Source: a virus (taxonomy: Duplodnaviria; Caudoviricetes). Taken from it: a stretch of DNA of 31,394 bases. The notes under the pieces are model-generated. The model searched no databases. It was not told where the DNA came from and saw only the letters and a program-made list of their open reading frames with translations. Every line of letters starts with the position of its first letter. Positions within the stretch are counted from its first letter, which is position 1. The position numbers and the translations under genes were made by a program. Positions 1 to 8,372 of the stretch are shown in pieces. The DNA lies in the IMG/VR virus record IMGVR_UViG_3300036719_001218, positions 1 to 31,394 of that record; one strand, written 5' to 3'.

Positions 1-152
1 TCCTTTGCCTCTTTTTTCTCTTTCTTTGCTTTTACCTTTGATTTTAAAGCAGCATAATGAGCAGCACAAGTACCAGAGCATACCACTTGGTTAGGTCTGT
101 AAGGTTCAAACCTTAGTTTGCAGTGTAGGCACTTCCTAGTTATTGGCTTCAT
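1..152 (-). CDS. ninG: NinG/Rap-like recombination endonuclease, N-terminal part (runs off window)
   Basis: Manual translation from ATG at 152: MKPITRKCLHCKLRFEPYRPNQVVCSGTCAAHYAALKSKVKAKKEKKEAK. The CxxC..F.P....Q..CS..C pattern plus a Lys/Glu-rich helix resembles the lambda NinG N-terminus. Confidence 0.65.
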   Translation of the reverse strand, partial: MKPITRKCLHCKLRFEPYRPNQVVCSGTCAAHYAALKSKVKAKKEKKEAK

Positions 153-156
153 ATGA

Positions 157-954
157 TTATGTTAACGTGTTTAAATACGCTTCAAAGGCTTCTATCATTC
201 CTTCGTTGCGGTTTATCTCAAATACATAGTAGTTTACCCATGAACCTTGAGTGTACGTAATCCCGTTGTATTCAATCATTCTTTGACCTATTCCCATTGC
301 TGTTGAGCCGTCTGACTTTATATCATGCCTCCCGGCTTGTTTTCGGTGGATGAAATCAAAAGTATCAAAAGCGTTTAACTCTAAATCGCTTGGTGTTAGT
401 GGTTTCATTTTTGGGTATTTCTTACCACGTTTACCGTAAATAAACTCTATTTCCTCGTCTTTGTCAACTTCCGTTTTAAAGTTGATTGTCTTGGCTTTTT
501 TTAAGTCCTCTTTTAGCTTAAACATTTCCACAGGCATAGGCACTGCTTTTGTTAAGTCCTCTTTTGTCTTTGGCTTAAAAGTCATGGCCGCTTGTCTTTT
601 TTCCTCCCTAAACTTTGTTAACCAATCGTAAATTACAGCCCCGTCAAACCTTTTAACCTCACCATATTTAGCCGCCATTCCGTTCATCATGGCAAGTCTA
701 AAACAATCCATGCTAAGATCGCTATATTGGTTAATTATGAAGTCTGAAATGCCATTTAGTTGGTCAGGTGTTAAGTGCATGAATGTTGCAAGGTTCTTAT
801 TATGTCCGCTTATAACGTGAATGATAGATTCCTTAACTCCCATATAATCTTGATGGATTAAAGAGCCTATTTTAACGGGCTTATCTTGGAGTATTTGATT
901 AATACTTAGCTGTGGTAGCTGCGTGGATTGCTTCGATAGTTGGTTCGTTTCCAT
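157..954 (-). CDS. Replication-region protein, possibly helicase loader-like
   Basis: ORF track 157..993. Likely start is METNQ at 954 after an A-rich leader. Motif Y.DL....F..A...G....YG.....D...I..WL..FREE; directly follows the initiator-like ORF. Confidence 0.45.
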   Translation of the reverse strand: METNQLSKQSTQLPQLSINQILQDKPVKIGSLIHQDYMGVKESIIHVISGHNKNLATFMHLTPDQLNGISDFIINQYSDLSMDCFRLAMMNGMAAKYGEVKRFDGAVIYDWLTKFREEKRQAAMTFKPKTKEDLTKAVPMPVEMFKLKEDLKKAKTINFKTEVDKDEEIEFIYGKRGKKYPKMKPLTPSDLELNAFDTFDFIHRKQAGRHDIKSDGSTAMGIGQRMIEYNGITYTQGSWVNYYVFEINRNEGMIEAFEAYLNTLT

Positions 955-1171
955 TTGTTTTGTTTTTAAGTTCAAAAAATCCATTCCATCCATTAGCCAT
1001 AGACTGCTCCATTATTTCAATGGCTGTGGTTTCGTTTCCTTTGGCTAGTTTCATTAGGGACTTTTTAGCCATACCCTCGCCTATTGGCTTGTAAGTAAAT
1101 CCATGCTGCTCTTTGCGGTATTGTTTCCAAAGTTCCCAGCATTCATCTAATTCGGTAGATTGTATTAGCAT
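899..1171 (-). CDS. Replication initiator (replisome organiser) C-terminal-like domain, stand-alone
   Basis: W..WKQYRKE...Y and IMEQSMANGWNGFF resemble the C-terminal domain of phage replication initiators. Confidence 0.55.
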   Translation of the reverse strand: MLIQSTELDECWELWKQYRKEQHGFTYKPIGEGMAKKSLMKLAKGNETTAIEIMEQSMANGWNGFFELKNKTNGNEPTIEAIHAATTAKY

Positions 1172-1398
1172 ACTAAAGTAATTAAATAAGTTCCAAGTAA
1201 AGAACCTAACCCAGCCCCAAAGGAGTAGGTTAGTTTCTCTTTAAATGTTCCAAGTGCTATTCTAGTTACGTTATAACTCCAAATAAATGATATTGTAAAG
1301 GCACAAATAAAAATGCCTAAAAACAATACCTTAGATATTAAATAAGTGTTAACGCTTACAAAAAACACTTGGAGAAATCCGGTTATAAATATTTTCAT
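1165..1398 (-). CDS. Small membrane protein
   Basis: 77 aa, three hydrophobic segments, overlaps both neighbours. Confidence 0.7.
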   Translation of the reverse strand: MKIFITGFLQVFFVSVNTYLISKVLFLGIFICAFTISFIWSYNVTRIALGTFKEKLTYSFGAGLGSLLGTYLITLVC

Positions 1399-3590
1399 AA
1401 TATTAAAAGTTGAGCCTTAGCAACCACAGCTGCATTTACGTTTTTCTTAGCAAGATCAAAATAACTTTCTTTTAGTTCAAAACCCATGCCTTTGCGGCCC
1501 ATTTTAACGGCTTGATAAACTTCGCTACCAATACCCATAAACGGTGTAAAAACGGTATCACCTTTATTACTGTATAAATGAATAAGCCTTTCAATAGTAT
1601 CTAACTGTAAAGGGCAAATATGCTTCTCGTCATTATCTTCACGGCCATTTCTAAACCCTTGTAAAGTATTTCCATAATCAACATCCATCCATACAGGGGA
1701 TGCGTATTTTTGCCATAAATCTACGGGTAAATCGGTATTTGTAACAGGGCTTACACGTTCCCCATCCTTTCTAAAAATCATTACATAGTCAGGAATACCT
1801 ACCCTGCTCATAGTGCTATCCTTTTTAACTTGCTTATGAAGTAATCCGAGTGCCTTAGTTCTTTGCATTTCTACCACAGGGTCTTTCCAAATAGTTACCC
1901 GACTAGCATAAATAAACCCAGCATCTTCAAAGGCTCTTAAAATCATTCCGCTAAAATCCCTTAATCCGATAAAGCCCTCTTTACCCTTTTGAATAGGCAA
2001 GTCCATACAATGTACTGCTACATTACGGCCTGATATCATAACCCTATAAAGTTCCTTTATTAAGAATCCAAATTGAGTTAAAAACTCGGTATAATCTTTT
2101 GAATTACCCATATCTTCTAAATGACTTGAATAGGTGTAAAGTTCAGCAAACGGGGGACTGAAAACAGATAGCCCTACCGATTCACTTTCAACTTCCTGAA
2201 TGAGTTGAACGCAATCCCCTCGTTTAATTTTATACCATTCATTTGATTCTTCGGTAGTATCAAAGATTGCATTAGTCATTAATTTGCCGTTTAAGTTATC
2301 ATTTACGGCCTTTGCCATTTCATCTTGCATAAGTTCAAATTGTTTTTGTTTGTTGTTTATAGATTGGTTTACGTTTGCCATTGTATCGGTAGTAATAAGA
2401 TAGATATTTACTTCATTCTTTTGCCCGAAACGATACGATCTTCTAATGGCTTGGTATAAACCCTCGAAGCTAAAGTCTAATGAGGCGAAAATCTGATTCC
2501 TACAATTCTGGTAATTCATACCAAATGAAGCTATCTTTGTTTTAGTTATAAGGATGCGAAAATCATTATTAGCAAATCCCAAAAGTGTTTTTTCCTTATA
2601 CTCGTTAGTATCACTTCCTTTTACTTCCTTCGCCTCTGGTAGCATCTTTCTTAACAAGTCCCCTTCCTCATTTTGTTTAACCCAAATAATGAAGTTTTCA
2701 TCCGGCTTAGAATTTACAATATCAACTACCTCCTGTAAACGTAAATCTTTTGTTAACCTTAGTTCCTGATTAAAGTTAGTGGCTGAAATAATAGCATCGT
2801 TAAACAAAGACCCGTTATCACGTTTAGGAGTTACTATTTGCCTTTCAATTAAGTTAAGGCTTGGTAGGTTATACCCTTCCATTGTAAATCCAATATCCTG
2901 AGGCTTGTTAAGCATGATAGCCCAACTACCTACAAACTGATAAAACAATTTAACAGCATGGCCTTTTAGCCTCCATTTAGCCGTTTCCCCTCCATCATGG
3001 ATAAAGTACATGGCTAACATTTCATTGCGACCCATAACATCTAAAAATTCTGCATGGTTTCCTAACTCCATAGGATCGTTAGGTGATGGGGTTGCAGTAC
3101 ACGCTAACTTATAAGGAGTATCTTTAAATCCGTCTATAATTTGTTTTTTAGTAGCCCCTTCAAAGTTCTTTAAAATACTACTTTCATCCAATACGATACC
3201 CGAAAAAAACGAAGTATCAATATTGTCTAATTGTTCATAGTTGGCAATGTAAATACCCGCCATACTTTTAGCATCAGTGCTATATCTATAAACAGGTATT
3301 CCAAATTTATCACCCTCCTTTATTGTTTGACCTACCACCGCTAAAGGTGCTAAAATCAAAACACTATCGCCAGTTTCATTCATTACTTTATTAGACCACT
3401 CTAATTGCATTAGGGTTTTACCTAATCCACAATCTGCAAAGATAGCATACTTACCAGCTTTTAAAGCCCGTTTAACTATGAATTTTTGGAAGTCAAACAT
3501 TGAATTATTAAGGTCTGATTCATTAACATCAAAGCCGCTAAAAACATGGCTCTTTTGTTTACTTTCTAAAAATTGTTTGTATTCGTTCAT
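1395..3590 (-). CDS. SF2 (SNF2-like) helicase fused to beta-class N4/N6 DNA methyltransferase
   Basis: Walker A ADCGLGKT, Walker B-like LDESS, TATPSPN, motif VI QAIRRSYRFGQ. The C-terminus has FSPPF (motif IV) followed by FTPFMGIGS (motif I). Confidence 0.85.
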   Translation of the reverse strand: MNEYKQFLESKQKSHVFSGFDVNESDLNNSMFDFQKFIVKRALKAGKYAIFADCGLGKTLMQLEWSNKVMNETGDSVLILAPLAVVGQTIKEGDKFGIPVYRYSTDAKSMAGIYIANYEQLDNIDTSFFSGIVLDESSILKNFEGATKKQIIDGFKDTPYKLACTATPSPNDPMELGNHAEFLDVMGRNEMLAMYFIHDGGETAKWRLKGHAVKLFYQFVGSWAIMLNKPQDIGFTMEGYNLPSLNLIERQIVTPKRDNGSLFNDAIISATNFNQELRLTKDLRLQEVVDIVNSKPDENFIIWVKQNEEGDLLRKMLPEAKEVKGSDTNEYKEKTLLGFANNDFRILITKTKIASFGMNYQNCRNQIFASLDFSFEGLYQAIRRSYRFGQKNEVNIYLITTDTMANVNQSINNKQKQFELMQDEMAKAVNDNLNGKLMTNAIFDTTEESNEWYKIKRGDCVQLIQEVESESVGLSVFSPPFAELYTYSSHLEDMGNSKDYTEFLTQFGFLIKELYRVMISGRNVAVHCMDLPIQKGKEGFIGLRDFSGMILRAFEDAGFIYASRVTIWKDPVVEMQRTKALGLLHKQVKKDSTMSRVGIPDYVMIFRKDGERVSPVTNTDLPVDLWQKYASPVWMDVDYGNTLQGFRNGREDNDEKHICPLQLDTIERLIHLYSNKGDTVFTPFMGIGSEVYQAVKMGRKGMGFELKESYFDLAKKNVNAAVVAKAQLLIL

Positions 3591-3880
3591 TATATTTGTT
3601 TTTTTCTTATTTCTTTATTCATTTGATCTCTATGTAGGTGGATGTTATGCTTCAATAGTACATGATGCTTTACACTCCTTAAATACCTCCACTTTTTATT
3701 CTCAAAGATATGGCAAAGGTTTAATTCTTTTGCCTCAATTAGTTCCCTACAAACCCTAGTTACTTCACCAGCATCAGGCCAATACCCTAACTTCAAAGAT
3801 AGTAACTGACTTAGCAGTGCCGTTGTAAAGCGTTTGTCCATCGGATAGGCTAGGAGTATTGACTTAATTGCTAGTTTCAT
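3590..3880 (-). CDS. Hypothetical basic protein, possible winged-helix
   Basis: 96-aa ORF coupled to neighbours; VTRVCRELIE could be a recognition helix. Confidence 0.5.
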   Translation of the reverse strand: MKLAIKSILLAYPMDKRFTTALLSQLLSLKLGYWPDAGEVTRVCRELIEAKELNLCHIFENKKWRYLRSVKHHVLLKHNIHLHRDQMNKEIRKKQI

Positions 3881-4107
3881 TTTATCAAATTAATTAATGA
3901 TTCCAAGTAAATTACAACCTCCATAGAGTTATCAAAAGACCTACATACTGCATCATATTCGGATTCAGATTCACCACTTATGTAAACTATAAAATATTTT
4001 GTGCTAATAGTACCATCATGATCTACCCTTATTGTCTTTTCATAACTTATTGCAGTACCTAATTTTTGGGTTGATTCAATAAGTAAAGACTGTATCTTGT
4101 TTTCCAT
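3877..4107 (-). CDS. Hypothetical protein
   Basis: 76-aa ORF, 4-nt overlap with the downstream gene. Confidence 0.6.
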   Translation of the reverse strand: MENKIQSLLIESTQKLGTAISYEKTIRVDHDGTISTKYFIVYISGESESEYDAVCRSFDNSMEVVIYLESLINLIK

Positions 4108-4109
4108 AA

Positions 4110-4349
4110 CTAAAAAGGTAAGTCGGTTTTATCATTGCTATCATTCTTAGGAACAAAGGTATCTTGCTCCATGTACTTAGTTCCGGGCTTATTCTTTGAT
4201 TCCTTAATAACTAGGTTAAAATAACCTTTGTCATTGCAGTTGTTAATCATTTCGGCTAATTCTGTTTTCTTAAAACTTATCTTAGTCATTTCCCCGTATT
4301 GGGTTGCTATGGTTTTTACGTTACCAAAAAACTTCTTTTCGTTGCTCAT
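4110..4349 (-). CDS. Putative single-stranded DNA-binding protein
   Basis: 79 aa, beta-rich, C-terminal tail DKTDLPF typical of SSBs, near ERF and exonuclease. Confidence 0.6.
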   Translation of the reverse strand: MSNEKKFFGNVKTIATQYGEMTKISFKKTELAEMINNCNDKGYFNLVIKESKNKPGTKYMEQDTFVPKNDSNDKTDLPF

Positions 4350-4350
4350 T

Positions 4351-4578
4351 TTATTGTTTTAATTTGATTTCTAAAAATGTTAATTCCTCATAGGCTGATT
4401 CTAAAGAGTGGCAAGATATGTGGTTAGTAGGCTCAACTTCAAAGCTGTTACCCGTTCTTACATTTACCCATATATCCACTCCAATAACATCACCTTGTTC
4501 AAAGATAATATCTAAACTAACTCCAAACATTCCAGCCTTTGTTAGCTTCATTGCCTTGTCAAATAGTTCTAGTATCAT
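4351..4578 (-). CDS. Hypothetical protein
   Basis: 75-aa ORF in operon with ATGA overlap. Confidence 0.6.
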   Translation of the reverse strand: MILELFDKAMKLTKAGMFGVSLDIIFEQGDVIGVDIWVNVRTGNSFEVEPTNHISCHSLESAYEELTFLEIKLKQ

Positions 4579-5231
4579 AGGTTCATTTGTTTTTCAATGT
4601 ATTCAGCGCAAAGTTGTAACTTATCATACATTTTGGATATTTTTTCATCCGAGTATTCAACCGCAAATCTAATACATCTTTCGGATAATGGTACTTGCTC
4701 AAACATCATGTTTTTACGAATGTCGCTTTCAAGTTCTTCGGGTACTTCAACCATTCCTAACTTCCATCCTGTACGTCTTATTTCATCTTGTACAAGCGTT
4801 TCGGGTGTATCTACTAACAAGTGTATAACCTCAGCAGTTTTACAGCCTGTTAACTCCATGTACCCTAATACCTGCCATTCATACTTAGGATTAATTTTCT
4901 TATTCTTAACATGGCTGAATAAATCCCATGAGGTTTTAACATCAATGATCTTACCTTCGTGTATAATATCCGGCTCACCTGTTATAACCCCATTAGAAAA
5001 CCTTTCCTCATTCTTTGAGTAAATGATACCATCAATGGCTAAAAGTAGTCCTATGCTGTCGGTTTCCATCAATAGACCTTTCTCAATGTACTTGCTGGTT
5101 ATATCCTTTTTAATACCGTACTTTTTAAAGATAACCATTTCATCTAAATAAGCCTTGCAGGTTTCACCAAGTAAATCCGACTTATCACGGCTGCCTGTCA
5201 TTAGGTCGCCTAATTTCGAGCATCTAAACAT
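4575..5231 (-). CDS. YqaJ/lambda-exonuclease family PD-(D/E)xK nuclease
   Basis: FRCSKLG, KG...E, GEPDII, IIDVKTSW, YEWQVLGYM motifs; adjacent to ERF. Confidence 0.8.
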   Translation of the reverse strand: MFRCSKLGDLMTGSRDKSDLLGETCKAYLDEMVIFKKYGIKKDITSKYIEKGLLMETDSIGLLLAIDGIIYSKNEERFSNGVITGEPDIIHEGKIIDVKTSWDLFSHVKNKKINPKYEWQVLGYMELTGCKTAEVIHLLVDTPETLVQDEIRRTGWKLGMVEVPEELESDIRKNMMFEQVPLSERCIRFAVEYSDEKISKMYDKLQLCAEYIEKQMNL

Positions 5232-5766
5232 TGCCTAATTCTTTTTTGCGGTTAGAAAATAGTTTAAGTATCTTGGTATCTTTGCCAATGGTATTAGCGT
5301 TTGACTTGTAAACGAGTTCTAATTCTTCAACAGTTGAACATCCGTTAACTAAGTTTACCCAATCGGATAAGTCTTCCGTGTCTTTGCTTGGTGGTTGTTT
5401 ACTATCTGAATCCTTATTATCGTCTATACAAAACAAGCCGTTTAAAGCGTATTTACGTGCATAGCTTGAAGCTGCACCCGTAACCTGACTTGCCGACATT
5501 CCTTTGACATTTTCTTCTTCACGAGCCATAGCTGAAACACTATACTCTTTTTCCCCATCAAATAAGCTGACGGTAGCCTTAATATAAACCCTACCACCTT
5601 TATCAATAACTTCATCAGTCAATAATAAAAGGCACTTATTTTCGTACAATAAAGGCTTTACAGCTTCTAAAATATCTTCGCAAGATCGGTAGTTATATTT
5701 ACCAAATGCGTTAAACTGCCCTTTAGGTGCTTTAAGTGAGTTTTGAATGTTAATCAGTTTTTCCAT
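5224..5766 (-). CDS. erf: ERF-family single-strand annealing recombinase
   Basis: LKAPKGQFNAFGKYNYRSCEDILEAVKP and the signature QVTGAASSYARKYALNGLF. Confidence 0.9.
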   Translation of the reverse strand: MEKLINIQNSLKAPKGQFNAFGKYNYRSCEDILEAVKPLLYENKCLLLLTDEVIDKGGRVYIKATVSLFDGEKEYSVSAMAREEENVKGMSASQVTGAASSYARKYALNGLFCIDDNKDSDSKQPPSKDTEDLSDWVNLVNGCSTVEELELVYKSNANTIGKDTKILKLFSNRKKELGNV

Positions 5767-5773
5767 GTTTGTT

Positions 5774-6004
5774 TTATTCTACGTTTTTATAAAGTTGTAT
5801 GAATCCTGTAATACCATCAATGGCTTTTTCCTCACTTGAAAAGGTTAAGCTGTGGAACTTATCAATGTTGCTATCTTTAAAATAGATAGTAATGTTGTTA
5901 AGAATGTAATACCCTTCTACCTTATGGAAGTTGTGGTTAACTTCAAAACTTTCAGCTTCGATTATCTCGGCAGCGTCTTTTGTTAGATTGTGTAATTTTT
6001 CCAT
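5774..6004 (-). CDS. Hypothetical protein
   Basis: 76-aa ORF, first gene after an internal promoter. Confidence 0.6.
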   Translation of the reverse strand: MEKLHNLTKDAAEIIEAESFEVNHNFHKVEGYYILNNITIYFKDSNIDKFHSLTFSSEEKAIDGITGFIQLYKNVE

Positions 6005-6024
6005 ATGCTTGTTGTTTGTTTATG

Positions 6025-6057
6025 CAAATATAGTAATTATAATTATATAAATGCAAG
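6025..6057 (-). promoter_or_regulatory. Bacteroidota-type promoter driving the recombination genes
   Basis: Minus strand TTG-N21-TATATTTG, matching the -33 TTTG / -7 TAnnTTTG consensus. Confidence 0.7.
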
Positions 6058-6079
6058 ATTAATATACGTTAACAGTTAT

Positions 6080-6517
6080 TTAACAATTAACAGGCTTTTG
6101 ATCTAAAACAGCCTTTAGTGCCTTATACCTTGCCGTGTAAAGTTCATCCCTAAACATTAAATTATCATGCTGCTTTAAGTAATGAATGATACTTGAGTGA
6201 TCTCTTCCGATTGTTTTACCTAATTGGGTTAAACTTATTTGGGCTTTATAGGTATCTCGAATGTAAAAAGCGTACATATTTCTAGCATCGCAGTAATGTT
6301 TGTGCCTATCACGACCTTTGAACCTGTCAACATCCAAGTTAAAAAACCTGCATACCAAGTTAATTAACGAATCGCTGAATATATCAAAATCACCTTTATA
6401 AACAGGTCTGGTATCTACAATATGTATCACGTACCTTCCATCAAAAAAAGTATTTGAAATCCTTTGCGCTTCGTTTTTCCTTTCAATCATAAGATTGAAC
6501 TCATAGTTATCTATCAT
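6080..6517 (-). CDS. Protein with DnaA C-terminal (domain IV) helix-turn-helix
   Basis: R....DARNMYAF and SLTQLGKTIGRDHSSIIH match the DnaA domain IV signature; no AAA+ domain. Confidence 0.75.
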   Translation of the reverse strand: MIDNYEFNLMIERKNEAQRISNTFFDGRYVIHIVDTRPVYKGDFDIFSDSLINLVCRFFNLDVDRFKGRDRHKHYCDARNMYAFYIRDTYKAQISLTQLGKTIGRDHSSIIHYLKQHDNLMFRDELYTARYKALKAVLDQKPVNC

Positions 6518-6593
6518 TTGCTTTGTATTTAAAGTTTATAAGCCAACCCATGCCCGGCATAAGTGAGGCTAGTTCTAAAATTAGGTTTATCAT
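6507..6593 (-). CDS. Possible 28-aa peptide
   Basis: MINLILELASLMPGMGWLINFKYKANDR fills the gap between two genes. Confidence 0.3.
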   Translation of the reverse strand: MINLILELASLMPGMGWLINFKYKANDR

Positions 6594-6594
6594 A

Positions 6595-6822
6595 TTAAAA
6601 AGGACATTCAATGTTAGTAATTTTTTCTAACTCGTTTCTTAATGAAGTCAATGAATAAAACTTACCGGATATGCAATATCCTATTGAGCCTCCATTTTTA
6701 ACCCGTTTCACTATTTTATTTCGCTTTGAATTTATACAGATACCATCTTTTGTAAACTTGTAATGAGTATGGTCTTTTAACTGCCATATTACATCGTAAG
6801 TAGTTGATACTGTTATTTTCAT
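6595..6822 (-). CDS. Hypothetical basic protein
   Basis: 75 aa, WQLKDHTHYKFTKDG...NGGSIGY; abuts the left boundary of the cassette array. Confidence 0.65.
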   Translation of the reverse strand: MKITVSTTYDVIWQLKDHTHYKFTKDGICINSKRNKIVKRVKNGGSIGYCISGKFYSLTSLRNELEKITNIECPF

Positions 6823-6869
6823 TGTGTGGTATTATTTCTTATATACGGTAGTTATGTACAATTTAATTT

Positions 6870-7502
6870 TTAAAAAATCCCTCCCCACTGGTTCGCCATA
6901 GCATCCGCAATCCCTTGAAAAGTACGGTTACGAATTTTAGCCCTCATTTCGGGAGTTTCTTTTGCCGCATCAGCATACCATTTAGTACATCTTTTACCGC
7001 TTTTGTACTCTATAAATTCCCCCTTGCTTACAATATTTGTCGGTTGCAACAATGGCAAGTTTTTTAGCCATAAACAAGTGCTTTTACTCGCTTCGTGTCC
7101 GAATTGCCAAGGCTGTATAACTTGGTCCGGCTTTCTCCACAAAGTACTCATTACGCCTATTGGGTTCTCTATTGCAATTCGTTCAATCGGTGCATTAGCT
7201 AATAGCATAAAAAACTCTTTTGCATCCTCTCTTGCGGCTCTGCGTTCTGCCCCAACCAATGCACCGCTTTTTCTTGCCGGTTGGTCTTTTAGCCATTTGT
7301 TGCCAGTTACCGTTAAGTAAGTGCAAGGTGGGTGCGCTATCATTAAATCCCACCCATCATTTATAATATCCAAAACACTACCTTGATAATGTTTACCCGG
7401 CTTTTCAGTCGGTTCTAAATCGCACGAAGTTACATCGTGTCCAAGTGCGGCAAAAGTATCTCTTACAGTTCCGCTAAATTCACAAGCTATTAATATTTTC
7501 AT
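6870..7502 (-). CDS. Phage DNA cytosine-5 methyltransferase-like protein
   Basis: ILIACEFSG (motif I variant), IAHPPC (catalytic PC), IENP (motif VI variant). Confidence 0.75.
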   Translation of the reverse strand: MKILIACEFSGTVRDTFAALGHDVTSCDLEPTEKPGKHYQGSVLDIINDGWDLMIAHPPCTYLTVTGNKWLKDQPARKSGALVGAERRAAREDAKEFFMLLANAPIERIAIENPIGVMSTLWRKPDQVIQPWQFGHEASKSTCLWLKNLPLLQPTNIVSKGEFIEYKSGKRCTKWYADAAKETPEMRAKIRNRTFQGIADAMANQWGGIF

Positions 7503-7536
7503 TTTTCCTACGCTATTTTTTAAAAATTAAACTGAT

Positions 7537-7591
7537 ACATAACAGCACATTGGCGGCATTAAAACGACCGCCAATCTGCGTTCCGTTAGCA
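7537..7591 (+). repeat. Short attC-like hairpin site
   Basis: ACATAAC-A-GCAcATTGGCGG-N11-CCGCCAATcTGC-GTTCC-GTTAGCA. Confidence 0.75.
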
Positions 7592-7598
7592 GAAAGCA

Positions 7599-8309
7599 CT
7601 ACACTACTGCTAAAATTGAACATTCGATTATTTCTTGACATAATTCTTTTGGTATTTTTGAACGGTTAAAACTTCCTTTTTTGCCTTGTGTTCCTGTTTT
7701 AGATCCTCTTGGTGCAGGTTGGTGATGACAATTTTTGTTTCCGTTGTGGCACATTGGTCTTGGTTGCCATACTTCGCTATTAGTCCATATATCCGTTGGC
7801 TTTGCTCTGTCATCGCCATAAGTACAATACCAAACCGTATGCCTTTTAAATCTTTGCATAAATGGCATTTTACGCATCATTCCTCTTGGGTTTTCAATAA
7901 AGAATACCATTTTAGGATTTATTAAAAGCCATTCATCAATAAGGCTTATAAAATGTTTATTTACTGCATCACATTTTTTAGCGTATTCGCTTTTTGGTTC
8001 TGTTCCGTTTCGGTGTGTGCTTATTGCTGCAATAGTGTAAGTAGTGCAATCAGGCGAAGCCCAAACCACATCAGGAATAAATGGAACGTCTTTTGTTTGT
8101 AATTCCTCAATATCAATGGCTAAATCTATTTTATCAAACTTTTGCCAATCAACACTAAAAACATTCATTCCTTTTGCTTCGGCTACACTTCCAACGGATC
8201 GAGAACCAGCGAACAATTCGACCAAATTACCCGTGCCTTCTGCTAACAAGGGTTTTGCAAAAGCAGGGCTTTGGTGCATGTTTTCAACATTTGTACTTTC
8301 TACTATCAT
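7599..8309 (-). CDS. DNA cytosine-5 methyltransferase-like protein
   Basis: ELFAGSRS (motif I), WASPDC (motif IV variant), FIENP, KPTDIW. Start uncertain because the N-terminus reads through the hairpin site. Confidence 0.8.
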   Translation of the reverse strand: MIVESTNVENMHQSPAFAKPLLAEGTGNLVELFAGSRSVGSVAEAKGMNVFSVDWQKFDKIDLAIDIEELQTKDVPFIPDVVWASPDCTTYTIAAISTHRNGTEPKSEYAKKCDAVNKHFISLIDEWLLINPKMVFFIENPRGMMRKMPFMQRFKRHTVWYCTYGDDRAKPTDIWTNSEVWQPRPMCHNGNKNCHHQPAPRGSKTGTQGKKGSFNRSKIPKELCQEIIECSILAVV

Positions 8310-8372
8310 TTGTAATTATTTAAACTTTTGTACTATTTAGCCCTGCCTTCGCAAAGCCCAGAACCGTTATTC
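8241..8372 (+). repeat. Long attC-like hairpin site
   Basis: TGCTAAC-AA-GGGTTTTGCAAAAGCAGGGCT (8250-8270) ... AGCCCTGCCTTCGCAAAGCCC (8339-8359)-AGAACC-GTTATTC. Confidence 0.75.

Larger units (their letters stand above)
6851..8368. mobile_element. Array of two integron-like gene cassettes, no integrase in window
   Basis: GTT at 6851, 7585 and 8366. Each unit starts GTT..., ends in the complementary ...AAC and is followed by a hairpin. Confidence 0.75.

Noticed and set aside
6061-6092. TTAACA repeats as DnaA boxes
   Set aside because: None matches TTATCCACA closely; explained by AT richness.
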